From Sphaerodactylus townsendi (lineage: Eukaryota): a stretch of 64,000 nt of DNA. Shown here piece after piece: positions 10,713-22,875 of this stretch. The notes beneath the pieces were generated by a model. That model was not told the DNA's origin and did not search any database. It saw nothing but the letters and a program-made list of their open reading frames with translations. Each line of letters begins with the position of its first letter. Position 1 is the stretch's first letter. The DNA lies in the NCBI RefSeq assembly GCF_021028975.2, contig NC_059439.1:23312001-23376000 (forward strand). Reading direction: 5' to 3'. The position numbers and the translations under genes are program-made.

Positions 10713-12772
10713 TTCATTTAGATTTGCTCCGATTCAGTGATGTTTCACAATACATGCAACAGAGGTGGAACATACCTGTTTTGTTTTGGATTTTTTTTTT
10801 GTGAGAAAAGGAAGAAGAGTCCTCTTGGACGCCAAAAGGGCTATGCTGGGAATCACAGAATCTGTACAGACAAAAGCCCACATGGTTTGGGCACTGCTAC
10901 AAGGAGGAAAACTGGACGAGCTTAACAGTAAAGGTTGAATCCAAGCCATAATGTTTTCTCCTACTCCTTCACTTAGCTACATGTAAAATCTGCCTCTGGT
11001 GAAGAGCTTATCTTTTTCAAAGAAAGCTAGTTGTGCTAGAGGAAGGCTCTGCACTTCATGAGAAGAAAGCAGGACACACCTCCATGACTTCGCAATGGGA
11101 GTTTTGCTGTAATTTACCCTCATAAAGAAAAGATAGTTCCAAGGAACACTGTGTGACCTCCTGCTAGTACCTTTACTAGAATAACTTATCACAACAGTCT
11201 AAAAAGAACAAATTGTGATAATCACAAATAGCATGTATGTTTTTTTAATCCATAGCTGTAACCTTAGGCACTAAATTGTGTCTTGATCCAGTGGAGGAAA
11301 CCACCGAGGCAAAAATATCATTTGAAATTTCCTTAATCTCTTCTCAGTTGTCCTATTTCTACAATAACTCATCACAGTTTTGCAGGAGGAAAGTTATTAC
11401 AACAAACTGTGTCTACTACATGAACAGCTCTGTTTGGCTCCCAGTTGCAGCCTTTCATAAAACAGTGCAAGGCTGATGAGATTCAGTTCAGTCATTTACT
11501 GACTGTTAGTGTAAGAGAGCCAGTTGGTCCTTTCACTCAGTACATCTTTTACATTGTGACCTCAACCATATTGACTTTAAAATGAATCTGCCCTTCCTGT
11601 AAAACTGAAGATCTGGACTCCAAATGAGTCTTCTGCAATAAAATGCAGTTCAAGGATGCCCCACCCAATTCAGTGTACACTGCATTACCTTGTTTTGAAG
11701 ACTCTAATCGACATCAGTAGTTCTCAGGGGGTGGGGTGGGGAAGGAAATTGTGAAGTTGTCCAGTTTCCTCAATAAAGTTAATCTGCTCTTACCATGGAT
11801 ACACATGTGCTTTGGAAATATTCTTTGCCTGGCCTAGGCATTTGTAAAAGCTACCCATTCTCAAAGGAGATCAATCAATCTCTGGACAAACACCAGTTTT
11901 CAAGATGTAATAGCTCCTGAAGTTTAACCATAGTACTACTTTATCTTATTTATCTGCAATTGACTTTCCTTCTCATAGACGTGCTTTGATTTTGGCTAGA
12001 CTGGTCTCTTTCCCATTGTCCTCTCTGGAAAATTCCTCCATGTTCCTTACCCTAACGGACTCTGGTCCTTTGGATGGGAAATGCCTGACTCTATTTCCCA
12101 CCTACTTTTTGATTGGCAGCTGTGAGAGAAATTAATTACCCCCAACAATACAAGCCAAAACATCTTTAAACAAAAAGAAGCAACTTTCCTTTCTTCTGTC
12201 AATCAAAGACTCAGTACTTACTGAGTCTGTTGCTAAATTTCTGTTATTGATACTAAAAATGAAGGCCTATTAAAAACCTGGAATTCGCTGAACAGTTAAT
12301 TTATTGATTTCCCCCTTCTTCTTAACCTTGTAGTTTTAATGCATATCAATTTGAACCTATTTTTTGTATGACAATAAAAGTATTTGTATTGGAGAATAAT
12401 TTTTTCTGTGTTTCTTTTTCTCCTCTGAGGTTCAAAATGCATCGTACATTTTGGTCATCATAATTGATTTGATCCCCCCCCCTCCCCTAATGCAACCAAA
12501 CTTTACGATTTGTGTAAAATTTGAAATATCCTCAATCCTCTCTCAATTCGTAAATCTTCTTAACATTTACATTTAAACATTTAAAACATTTCTACCTTCT
12601 ATTTAAAAAGCTATACTTATAACAAATGTGTCACTTATTTTTTTTCTCAGAATGCTATCTTTACTGCTACATCAATGCCACTCAACTCCCCAACAGCTCA
12701 CCCAAAGACTACCCTACCCTCTTAATTCATGGAACTGGAAAAGTGAGTTCAGGTGGTGGAAATATAAATATT

Positions 12773-13166
12773 GTGTCTAACCAGCTCCACACAAACACAG
12801 GATGACCATAGACAAAAGAAACAAAGGCCAGGATACTTCTATTCAGATGCTCCCACCAGTGACCTTGCTATCTCCAGTGTTACTCCCATGCTATAGTCTT
12901 CATTGTTACTCATACTTCTATTCAGATGCCCTCAACTATTGACCTGGTTGCCTTCTTTGTTACTCACAGACAATGTTTCTGCACCCACCCTGGTCACTCC
13001 AACAGATATGTATACTCCACTTGCTTTCCCAACATCAGATCCTCTGAAGATGCCAGCCACAGATGCAGGCGAAACGTCAGGAGAGAATGCTGCTAGAACA
13101 CGGCCATACAGCCCGGAAACCACACAGCACCCAAGTGATTCCAGCCGTGAAAGCCTTCGACAATAC
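12773..13166 (+). mobile_element. Penelope-like retroelement terminal fragment
   Basis: End sequence CCTCTGAAGATGCCAGCCACAGATGCAGGCGAAACGTCAGGAGAGAATGC...GAAAGCCTTCGACAATAC typical of lizard Penelope elements; 12-bp TSD AATATAAATATT (12761-12772, 13167-13178); absent from copy A. Confidence 0.8.
13040..13082 (+). ncRNA. Minimal type-I hammerhead ribozyme motif
   Basis: Stem I TCCT/AGGA, core CTGAAGA (13044-13050), stem II GCC...GGC, GAAA (13071-13074), palindromic ACGT helix III, GTC cleavage triplet ending 13078. Confidence 0.75.
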
Positions 13167-13324
13167 AATATAAATATTTTTCCTCAGAATGCCATCTCTA
13201 TAGCTATATCAATGACACAGAACCCCAATGGTCCACCCAATGGCTACCCTATACCCTAAATGCATGGAACTGGAAGAGTGAGGGCAAGCGGTGGGAAAAG
13301 TGAGTGCAGCAAAGGTTTTGTGGA

Positions 13325-14135
13325 CTTTTCCCTGCCTATGCTAGACGGCGAGGTCTTGCATTTGACCTCATCATTCGTAAGCCAAGGCCACCAAGACTGC
13401 TTTTTTCACCATCTGCATCAGGCATGGCAACTGGCTCTGTACCTCTCCAGTTCCGACCTAGCTACAGTAATCCATGCAATGGTCACCTCCAGACTGAATT
13501 ATTGTAACTCACTATACACTGGCCTTCCTTTGTCCATGATCCAGAAATTAAAGCTTGTTCAACATGTGGCAGCCAGGCTCCTTTCAGGGGCGTAAAGTGG
13601 AGCCCAGATTATTCTGGTCCCATGCCAACTCCATTGGCTGCCGATCGAGTACCGGATCATGTTCAAAGTGTTAATGTTGACATTTAAGGCTGTGAGCAGT
13701 CTTGGGTTTGCATATCTACGGGACTGCCATCCCCATACTGCCCCACCAGGTCCCTCCACTCATCAGAGGGAAACCTACTGGAGATCCCTGGCCCAAGGGT
13801 GGTCCAGCTGGCTTCCAAAAGGGCCAGGGCATTTTCAACCCTGGCTACTACATGGTGAGATCAGGGTCCCGTAGGACCAGAATGAGTTCCGCAGGGCCTG
13901 TATGATGGAACATTTCCACCAGGCATTTCCAACTAGCCAGCCGGCTTGACCATTATCATCACTGGCCTCCCATGGGTATAGTTGTGGCGTGAGTTTTTTA
14001 GCACCATCTTTCAGTTTTTAATGCTTGATTGGTGTTTTATTGGTGTTTTAATCTGAATTTTTAAATTGCTGTTCACTGCTCTGAGCCCTGTTGGACAGGG
14101 TATAAATATAAATATACAATAACAATAAATAAAAT
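13325..14135 (+). mobile_element. L2 LINE 3' fragment (duplicate of 7040-7917)
   Basis: HAMVTSRLNYCNSLYTGLP...FKVLMLTFKA; A-rich tail. Confidence 0.85.
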
Positions 14136-14749
14136 AATTTTTTTTCTCAAAATTCTACTGCTATATCAATGACACTCAGAACTCCTGTGGTCCACCCAAT
14201 GGGTACCATACACTCAAATGCATGGAACTGGAAAGGTGAGTGTGGATGGTAGTACTGCAGAAGGGGAAGAACTGGAATCCTTCTCCCGTCCATAAGTTTC
14301 AGAAGTTCCCACTTATCCTCTCTGGAGGACACACATACATTTGATTAACAATGACATTACATCCTGGAATTCATATGATATGAGTTCCTTTCTGTTCACA
14401 GAAAGACAACGCAAGCAAGTTCTGATCACATGGATTCAATTAAATACATGATTTTTTTAGTCCAATGGAAATATGCAGGACACATGAATAGAATTTTGCA
14501 AGCAACAGAAAAGCTAACATTAAAATGCTACACTGCATGATTTGGTTAGAAGTGTATTAACCCAGTGTTGAGTACAATATACATATACAGATACATACAG
14601 CACGTATATCACATTGCCTGCAATCCTGATCACATTTACAACCATTAATGATAGAGTATCCTATTAACTTCAGTTGGATTTAGCAGGCCAACTGTAGATC
14701 CATCAAATTTTCAATATGATAGCCACAAAACATTTAAGAATTAATTGAA

Positions 14750-15700
14750 TCATTTGAATAGAAATTTCAATAGGACAGTAATTTTCTTTCCGAATTGTCT
14801 GATTACAGCCTCTTTCACTTCCACATTCCTTAGGCTGTAGATGATGGGATTCAACATTGGGATGACAATTGTGTAAAAGATTGACACTACTTTCCCCTGA
14901 TTGGGAGAGTCAATGGCTCCAGGTTGGGCATACATAAAAAAGACTGTCCCAAAGAACAAGCTTACTGCCATCAGATGGGAGGTACAGGTTGAGAAAGCTT
15001 TGTGTCTACTGCTGCCTGATGGTATGCGTAAGATGGTGGAAACAATGTAAGCATAAGATATGAGAACAATTATCCCTGTGACCACACTGATTAACCCACA
15101 CAACACTAGCAGCACAATTTCATTCACAAAAGTAGCTGAACAGGAGGCCTTCATGACAACAGGGACATCACAAAAGAAGTGGTTTATTTCAGCAGGTGCA
15201 CAAAAGGACAAAGTAAATGTAAAGCCAGTCTGGGTGCAGCAATTGACAAAACCAAAGAAATACGATACAGCTACTAGGAGATGACGTGTCTTCTTCGACA
15301 TAACAACATGATAAAGCAGTGGGTTGCAGACAGCAATGAACCGATCGTATGCCATCACAGCCAGAAAGAAAGCCTCAGTGGTCCCAAAAAGACAAAAGAA
15401 GAACATCTGGGTTGCACACCCGTTGTAGGAAATGATCTTGTTCCCCGTCGCAAAGCTCAGCATAGCCTTGGGAGTGAGGACTGAGGAATAGCAAATATCC
15501 AAGAAAGATAAGTTCTTCAGGAAGAAATACATAGGGGTATGAAGTTTGGTGTCTGCAGTAATTACAAGAATCATGGCTGTGTTACCCATCAGAGTAATGA
15601 TGTACATTATCAAGAAGAGAACAAACAGAACTAACTGCACTTCAGGCTGTCCCTTAAATCCCACCAAGATGAATTCAGTGACCACAGTGTGGTTTTCCAT
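14750..15700 (-). CDS. Olfactory receptor, intact, 316 aa (family 5-like; recent paralog of 9068-10000)
   Basis: Same motifs; ~26 substitutions over ~306 aligned residues by hand count; MENHT ATG at 15700 follows a branch-point/polypyrimidine/AG, so the upstream in-frame extension is probably intronic. Confidence 0.93.
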   Translation of the reverse strand: MENHTVVTEFILVGFKGQPEVQLVLFVLFLIMYIITLMGNTAMILVITADTKLHTPMYFFLKNLSFLDICYSSVLTPKAMLSFATGNKIISYNGCATQMFFFCLFGTTEAFFLAVMAYDRFIAVCNPLLYHVVMSKKTRHLLVAVSYFFGFVNCCTQTGFTFTLSFCAPAEINHFFCDVPVVMKASCSATFVNEIVLLVLCGLISVVTGIIVLISYAYIVSTILRIPSGSSRHKAFSTCTSHLMAVSLFFGTVFFMYAQPGAIDSPNQGKVVSIFYTIVIPMLNPIIYSLRNVEVKEAVIRQFGKKITVLLKFLFK

Positions 15701-17319
15701 TACTCTTAACAAAAGGGGTGGGGAGAATGATACTTTCACAATTATCTTGTTAGCAAACATATTTCATGAGAGCTTGAGGAGGCCATCCACAAAGCATCAT
15801 ATGTCAAAGGTGAAGAAGATAACCTTGCTAGCCAGTCTGATATCATCTTGGATTAGAAGTACAGGGGGTAGTGAAATTCTGTTGTCAGAAATACGATGGA
15901 GCTGAAAAAGTGAAAAAGGCAAAGTTGAAATTTAATTAATTGCAATTTTGATCATTGCTAAGATTACTGAAAAGAAGTGATGGAAAGGATACTTTAGATC
16001 TGTGATTCTCACTGCATGGTTCACACAAAAGCATATTTGGAGTTACCATCAGTCAAAAGAGCCACCTTTTCATCTTGACCTGAAACTCGGGGGAAGGGGG
16101 GCTTTAGCTTACCTGTTCATTTGGCTGCAGATGTTTTGAGGTCATAATCACTTTTCAACCACAAACCCCACAGCCTGAGGACTTTGCCCACTTTCCTCAA
16201 ACATTGGGCAGGTTCCAAACTAGGGTATACTACTTAGAAGAGCCACATGTGGTTCCTGAACCACTATTGCCACTTTGAAATAGTATAAGAATGTCATACT
16301 AAACAGCACACCATTCTGTGTGTCTGTGGAGCACAGAAAAAAATGATACTTCAGACAACATTTTTAAAAAGCTATGCTAAAAATAAATCTAGTTTTTTTT
16401 TTAATAGCTCTATGGTCCCTTCTGCACAGCACAAATAAGACATCCTAAGGAAAGGGAAAAAAATGGCTTCTGGAGGAGCAACTCGACATAGTTCTTCCCC
16501 CAAGTCATCCTCAAAATGTCATATTTCTGCTCGAGTCATCTTGCTTTGAGAATGCAAAACTACCAACTCCCCCCCCCCTGCCAAGTCATCTGCAAATGGT
16601 CCCTTCTAGCTGAGCAGAGTTCAAGAGTTGAGGAGACATCTTAGTTTCTCCACCAACCATTAAAGCTTCTTGTCAGTTTCATCTGCCATTAGCGCCCAAC
16701 ATTTTGTGGTGCTGCAGGGATTCTCTATGCCTGCAGTTTTTTGCTTAAGGTTTTCCTGGGACATCTGCTCTGCAGGCTTTGACCCTGGGCACCTTTTCAG
16801 CCCAGGACATGGTTGTATTTAGTTTATCCTGCCGAATCCATCAATATATAGTTTCCCCCCTTAAAAAAATTTTTTGATGATCTGTCTTCAAAGACATGTG
16901 GATATGATTTTAAAATCACAGCTGATTTTTTAATTGCTTCTGAGTAGCTTTGAAGGTAGCTCATTGAAAAAATAAAGGGAAAACCATATATTTCCAGAAT
17001 TGGCAAGACGAACAGAGTACAACCATGTTTTTTTCAGGCTGAAAACACACCCAGGATCGGAGCCTGCAGAGCAAATGTACAGGGTAACCTTCACCAAATA
17101 CCTGTGCATATGGAGAAACCCCGCAGCACAAAATGTCAGGCACCAGCTGTGAAGGAAACTGACCACCAGAGATTTTAATGTTTGAGTGGGGGGGGGGGGT
17201 TAGGCTCTTTCTCCTGTATTCTGACATCAGAATACAGATTCTTTGCAGGTTTCGTGGCTTGCAGAATAATTTTTTACATAACCCTACACTGGCTGTGAAC
17301 TGTTTTTAAAAATAACCCT

Positions 17320-17960
17320 CCGCAGTTGTAACTTTAGTCACTAAATTTTGACTTGATCCAGAGGAGGAAATTAGTTTAAAATGAGATGAGATTCAATTCT
17401 GTTCATTTACTGACTATTACAGCAATAGAGCCAGTTGGTCCTTTCACACAGTATATCTTTTATATTGTGACCTCACTCATATTAACTTGTACTGGATCTG
17501 CCCTTCCAGAAAAAATGAAGATCTAGAGTCCCAATGTGTCTTCTGTTAGAAAATGCTGTTCCAGGATGACCCAACTCAATTCAGCAATTATCTTGTTCAG
17601 AAGACTCTCATCAACAATAGTAGACCCTAGGAAAAAATGAAATTGTAAGGTTGTGTAGTTCCCCCAAATAAAGTTAATCTGCTCTTACCATGGATACAAG
17701 TGCATTGTGGAAATATTCTTTGCCTGGTCTATGCATTTGTAAAAGCTACTCATTCTCAAAGGAGCTCTTACAGTCTCTGGAGAGACACCAGCTTTGAAGT
17801 CATAATAGCTCTTAAAGAAAACAATTTTCTGCCATGTTTCTTTTTCACCTCCAAGGTTCAAAATATGTCAAACTTTTTGGTCACCATAATTGAATTGATT
17901 CCTCACCACCACCACCACTACACAACCAAATGTTACAATTTGCACTGAATTTGATATGTT
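17320..17960. repeat. Third, more diverged copy of the OR upstream block
   Basis: Aligns with 11250-11930 and 5254-5640, including ATAAAGTTAATCTGCTCTTACCATGGATA and AAAGCTAC-CATTCTCAAAGGAG. Confidence 0.8.
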
Positions 17961-18779
17961 TTCTGCTCAGCCAAGGAAACAATAGAAGTAGGCAAAATAG
18001 GCCCTGGTGGTAAAGGGTTAGATCCACCATTTTTCCATTTGTGAAAGAAAAGCAACAGAGGATACTTTGACCACCCTTAAAAAGGTTATGCAGCGTATCA
18101 AGGGACCCGTATGGACAAAAGACAAACAGAATGGGAATGTAGTAAAAACAAGAAATGGCTAGGATAAAGCAGAAAGATGGTAGGATCCATCCCATAGTTC
18201 CTAGAACTGGATGCCTTTGGACATGGGTGGTATTGTTGCCAATGAAGTTTATCTGAGGTGTGATTATAAAGTAGTCATCACCTGGCACATTGTAAACTAT
18301 AATGCTGAGAAAGTTCTTGACAGTTGACTAGATCCCCTGGAAGTTTTTCACGGGTAGAGGATTTTGCAGTTATGGAGCTTAGTGTTCTCACTTTGAGCTT
18401 TCTGTAAGAGTCTGAAATGCCCCCCTCCCAATCCTGTCCCCTGCCCTCCAGGTTCAATATTTTTTTCCACTCTCACAGTATTTCTTTTCATACTTAGTTA
18501 TTCCCTTTGTTAATTCTTGTGGTTGTTGAATAGTTCTGAGGAGAAACCCAAACTGGGGGAAAGCCTACACAAACCAGGTAGGTTTGCCTTTATAGCCTGG
18601 AGTGAAGTCATGGTACCTATTTTTGGCCAAGTTGGGCTTGGCAGGCTTTTGGGTTTAGTCTTTTTCATGGGGAGTTTGGAGGGTGGGTGGAGTCTTGAAA
18701 ATATGCTGTCTCTTCTCTCTGTGTATGAGAGAATGTGACCATGCGTGTAAAGCTGTGCAAAAGAACCAGCATTCACTTT

Positions 18780-18917
18780 GGCCCCTTCTGCACATGCAGA
18801 ATAATGCACTTTCAATCCACTTTCATAATTGTTTGCAAGTGGATTTTGCTATTCTGCACTGCAAAATACATTGAAAGTGGATTGAAAGTGCACTATTCTG
18901 CACGTGCGGAAGGGGCC
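18780..18917. mobile_element. MITE family A variant
   Basis: GGCCCCTTCTGCACATGCAGAATAATGCAC ... GCACGTGCGGAAGGGGCC; TSD TTT. Confidence 0.85.
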
Positions 18918-19128
18918 TTTATGAAGACACTCATCTGCAGATTCCTAGTGGGGACAGAGGGTGGATGCTCATTTCTCAGCAATTTTTCTATGGTTCTTTT
19001 CTTTTTCTGCATTCTAGTCAAGGAACTGTATTTACAGTAAATATATTGTGATATTAGCATTGTTTCAGTTAACATATATTTCCTTGAATCCTACTTAGAG
19101 CCGTGAGCATTGCTCGCTGTAACTCTAG

Positions 19129-19279
19129 GGCCCCTTCGGCATATGCAGAGTAAGGCACTTTCAATCCACTTTCACAATTGTTTGCAAGTGGCTTTTGCTA
19201 TTCTGCACAGTAAAATTCAACTGCAAAGTGTATTGAAAGTGGATTGAAAGTGCCTTATTTTGCATGTTCAGAAAGGGCC
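19129..19279. mobile_element. MITE family A variant
   Basis: GGCCCCTTC ... GAAAGGGCC; TSD TAG. Confidence 0.8.
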
Positions 19280-19414
19280 TAGCAGTGGAAAACTTCCTCT
19301 GTTATACTCTTTTCAACATGATGAAGAGGCCAGCAATAGCAAAAAAAAAAAAATCTGAATGCCTCTTGCCTTGGAAATCCTACGGGGTTACCATAAGTCA
19401 GCTTTGACTAGAGA

Positions 19415-19419
19415 GCACA

Positions 19420-19457
<38 letters not shown>
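19415..19457. repeat. (CA)n microsatellite
   Basis: Direct reading. Confidence 0.95.
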
Positions 19458-19459
<2 letters not shown>

Positions 19460-19836
19460 AAGAAGGAACATACCAAACAGGAAGTTTAATGGCATCTCGA
19501 GTCACAAATACAAGACACAAAAACAGTGTTGTTGTTTTTAAGTCTGGTTGTGTTTTGTATGTACTGCAGTACAAATGGAACCATTTGAAATACCACGGGC
19601 TGGCTCCAACCAGCTTTTATGCTGGTGTAAAAAAGAGGAGAGGTCATCTTTTGACCACCTAAAAAGGTGATTCTGTGGATCATGGGACCTGCATGCAAAA
19701 AGCCAGGTAGGACAATGATTGTAGTAAAGAGGAGAGCTGGGCAAGGTTGAGTAGAAAAGCTGGCTGGATCCATTCCAAACCTATGGCTAGAATAAAGCTG
19801 ACAAACATGTACACTCCTTTTGTACGCTGAGCAGAA

Positions 19837-20561
19837 CTACTGGAAAAAATGCATCTTTTTTAGTTGTCTTCCTAAGGCATCTTTGACTTCTTTGTTCCTC
19901 AGGCTGTATATTAGTGGGTTCAGCATTGGAATGACAATGGTGTAAAAGACAGATACTATTTTGCCTTGGTTAGGAGAAGCCATGGCCCCAGGTTGGCCAT
20001 ACATAAAGAAGGCTGTCCCATAGAACAAGGTTACAGCCAGGATATGAGAAGTACACGTTGAGAAGGCCTTGTGTCTCCCTTGAACAGATGGTATGCGCAG
20101 GATGGTAGCAACAATATAGCCGTAGGAGATGAGGACAATTGCCGCTGTCACAACTATGATCAACCCACACATTGCAAGGAGTACAATTTGATTGACAAAA
20201 GTGTCTGCATAAGAGGCCTGCATCACAGCTGGGACATCGCAAAAGAATTGGTTGACCTCACTTGACTGGCAATAAGGCAAACTGAAAGTGAAGCCTGTCT
20301 GTGTGCAACAATTTAGAAAGCCAAAGAAGTATGAAACAGCCACCAGAAGGGCACAGATCTTTTTGGACATGGTAGCATGGTAAAGCAGAGGATTGCAGAT
20401 GGCCCTGAACCTGTCGTACGCCATGGCAGCCAAAAAGAAACACTCAGTCGTCCCAAAGAGAGAGAAGAAGAACATTTGAACGGCACATCCATTGTAGGAA
20501 ATGTCCTTATTCCTAGTTGCAAAGTTCAGCATGGCTTTGGGAGTGATGACTGAGGAGTAGC
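19837..20561 (-). CDS. Olfactory receptor (family 5-like), 5' part missing at N-gap 20562-20645
   Basis: Open frame from YSSVITPKA through MAYDRFRAICNPLLY, KAFSTCTSHI and PMLNPLIYSLRNKEVK to stop; ~70 N-terminal codons absent. Confidence 0.85.
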
Positions 20562-20645
20562 NNNNNNNNNNNNNNNNNNNNNNNNNNNNNNNNNNNNNNN
20601 NNNNNNNNNNNNNNNNNNNNNNNNNNNNNNNNNNNNNNNNNNNNN

Positions 20646-20961
20646 GGGGTCGGAGGACAGTGAGGGAGGGGCTTCGGAGGCCAGCAGGCCGATGACGGGG
20701 ACAAGGTGAGTGGGAAAGGGAAGGGGAACAGCGTGTTCCCGGTGGTGCTGTTCGCACTGCGCCGCCGGGAAGACGCTGTTCCCTCCAAAACAACCCTTTA
20801 AAGGGTTGTTTTTTAGGGCGGCCTGACGCCGCCCTGAGGGAGGGAAAGGGCAGCCAGGTTGGCGCTGCTGCGTTTCAGCAGCGCCGCCTGTGCGAACGGC
20901 GGCCTGGGGCGGCGTTTTAACCGCCCCCAGGCCGCCGTTTTTGGCCCATGCGGAAACAGCC
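20646..20961. mobile_element. GC-rich Harbinger-like MITE, right half
   Basis: Ends in CCATGCGGAAACAGCC, matching the TIR of 25635-26129; shares GGTCGGAGGACAGTG with 45023-45270. Confidence 0.7.
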
Positions 20962-21758
20962 GAAGATACAGCTAGGTAGGGATTCTGTAAAGTTGACCAT
21001 GAATGCATTTGATCATTGAGCTGATTACCCAGCTTTTTTAGTTCATGCTAAGCAGCTGCTAATAGAGCACTTCCAAACTAATAGCTGTAGTAAGTAAATA
21101 AATGTATTGTTTAAAGCAGAAGCTTATGAGAATATAACATATACAAATAATACCAAAATAGTAAATGTACAGTAAATCACTATACAACTATTACTAGATC
21201 AGAAATTTGACTCTCCAAGGATGTAAATTTGGCCCAGATTTTCTTAGCAGCTGAAGCAACAAAAAAAGAAGAAAACATATTATAGTTAATCAAGGGATTG
21301 GTATCTGATAAGAGAAAAAAATCAGTTTCTCAAAATCAGATAACATATTTTAGCCTGTTACAAGTTTAAATGAAAATTGGAACCTCGGTTCTGAATACAA
21401 AAAAACAAAAACAAATAAGACCTAATGAGGAAGATCTTCTACTACACAATTGCCTCATACACAAAGACAAAGAGCCTTTGTCGTACGCGAGCATTAGCGA
21501 ATCAATTGCACTGTCAGCATAATCTGAAACACATAGATGTTCATGTATAAGATAAGCTAGGTAAGAATATAGTTTCTTTTGAAAAACTTAAACCAAAAGA
21601 TAAAAATAGATTGGGAGATACTTTCAACAGATAAAGAACTTACATAGTTATGAAATAAGAAAAGAACTGGAATATATAATGGAGACTTCAAATATCTGGA
21701 CTGCTGGCTATTAAGTTAGTATCAGAAGAGACCTCTTTCTCATTCTGATCCAAAGCAG

Positions 21759-22739
21759 CTATAGCAAGATCCATGCCTCTCTCAAAAAATTAGACAATTG
21801 ACTAGTAAGCTTCATTAAAGCCCCCTTTACTTCTCTGTTTCTCAAACAATAAACAACGGGGTTGACAATGGGTGTTAAAACAGTGTAAAACACAGAGAAG
21901 ACTTTGTTGAGGTCTTTCAGTGTGTCACTTTGTGGAACCATGTAGACAATGACAAGGGTCCCATAGAAAATAATAACTACAGTAAGGTGGGAGGAGCAAG
22001 TCGAAAAGGCCTTCTGTCTATCATTGGTGGAGGGAATGCGCAGAATAGTGGAGATGATAAAACTGTAAGAAATCAGGGTCAAAAGAAATGGAACAAAAGC
22101 TATCATGAAGCTAAGGATGAAACCTATGAATTCCATCCTAAGGCTGCCTTCACAGGCGAGCATTATCAGTGGAGTAAAATCACAAAAGAAATGGTCAAGA
22201 ATATACGGACCACAAAATGATAATTGGGAAATCAAATAAGTTGTTACAGAGTTAAGCAGAAAACAGCTTATACATGAGGTCAACATAAGCTGTACACAAA
22301 GTGTATTATTCATTAAGACAGAATAATGAAGTGGCTTGCAAATGGCTAAAAAACGATCATAAGACATGGCAGCCAGCAGATAACATTCCGAACCTGCTAG
22401 TGATCCAAAGAAATAATATTGTAATAAGCAGCCCCAAACAGGAATCATTGTGTCTCCCGTTAAGAAGGCTGTGATCATTCTGGGTAGAATGGTTGTGCTA
22501 TAGAAGGTTTCCAGGCATGAAAGATTCCCCAAGAAGAAATACATCGGGGTGTGAAGATGCTGATCACATGCAACAAGTACCACTATGAGAAGGTTTGCAG
22601 CTACTGTTGCTGTGTAGATCAGCAGAAAGATCCAAAAGAAGAATATCTGCAATTGAGGCACATCATTGAATCCCAGGAGGATAAATTTTGTGAGATCTGT
22701 GTGATTTCTCCACTCTGGGGTTGACATTGCATTCATCAT
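21759..22739 (-). CDS. Olfactory receptor, intact (family 6/11-like); alternative starts at 22736 or 22727
   Basis: NHT site, LHTPMYFFLGNLS, MSYDRFLAICKPLHY, DHFFCD, KAFSTCSSHL, NPVVYCLRNREV; the ORF-track start at 22760 is TTG. Confidence 0.93.
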   Translation of the reverse strand: MMNAMSTPEWRNHTDLTKFILLGFNDVPQLQIFFFWIFLLIYTATVAANLLIVVLVACDQHLHTPMYFFLGNLSCLETFYSTTILPRMITAFLTGDTMIPVWGCLLQYYFFGSLAGSECYLLAAMSYDRFLAICKPLHYSVLMNNTLCVQLMLTSCISCFLLNSVTTYLISQLSFCGPYILDHFFCDFTPLIMLACEGSLRMEFIGFILSFMIAFVPFLLTLISYSFIISTILRIPSTNDRQKAFSTCSSHLTVVIIFYGTLVIVYMVPQSDTLKDLNKVFSVFYTVLTPIVNPVVYCLRNREVKGALMKLTSQLSNFLREAWILL

Positions 22740-22875
22740 GTTGAAATGATAAAGATCCAAAAGAAGAATATCAGTAATTCAGGCACATCATTGGATCTCA
22801 AGAGGATAAATGTTGTGAGATATGTTTGGTTCCTCTGCTCTTGGATTGACATTGCATTCATCATGTTGAAACGAG
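22632..22875 (-). repeat. 125-bp tandem duplication of the OR N-terminal coding segment
   Basis: 22632-22750 and 22757-22875 are direct repeats (CCAAAAGAAGAATATC...GACATTGCATTCATCATGTTGAAA). Confidence 0.9.

Larger units (their letters stand above)
11537..15960. repeat. Segmental tandem duplication, copy B
   Basis: Collinear with 5254-10200; OR coding regions offset by exactly 5700 bp. Confidence 0.9.

Noticed and set aside
20646-20793. Apparent novel N-terminal domain fused to an OR (also 62786-63032)
   Set aside because: The extension is MITE or flank sequence across an unsized gap, not a demonstrated fusion
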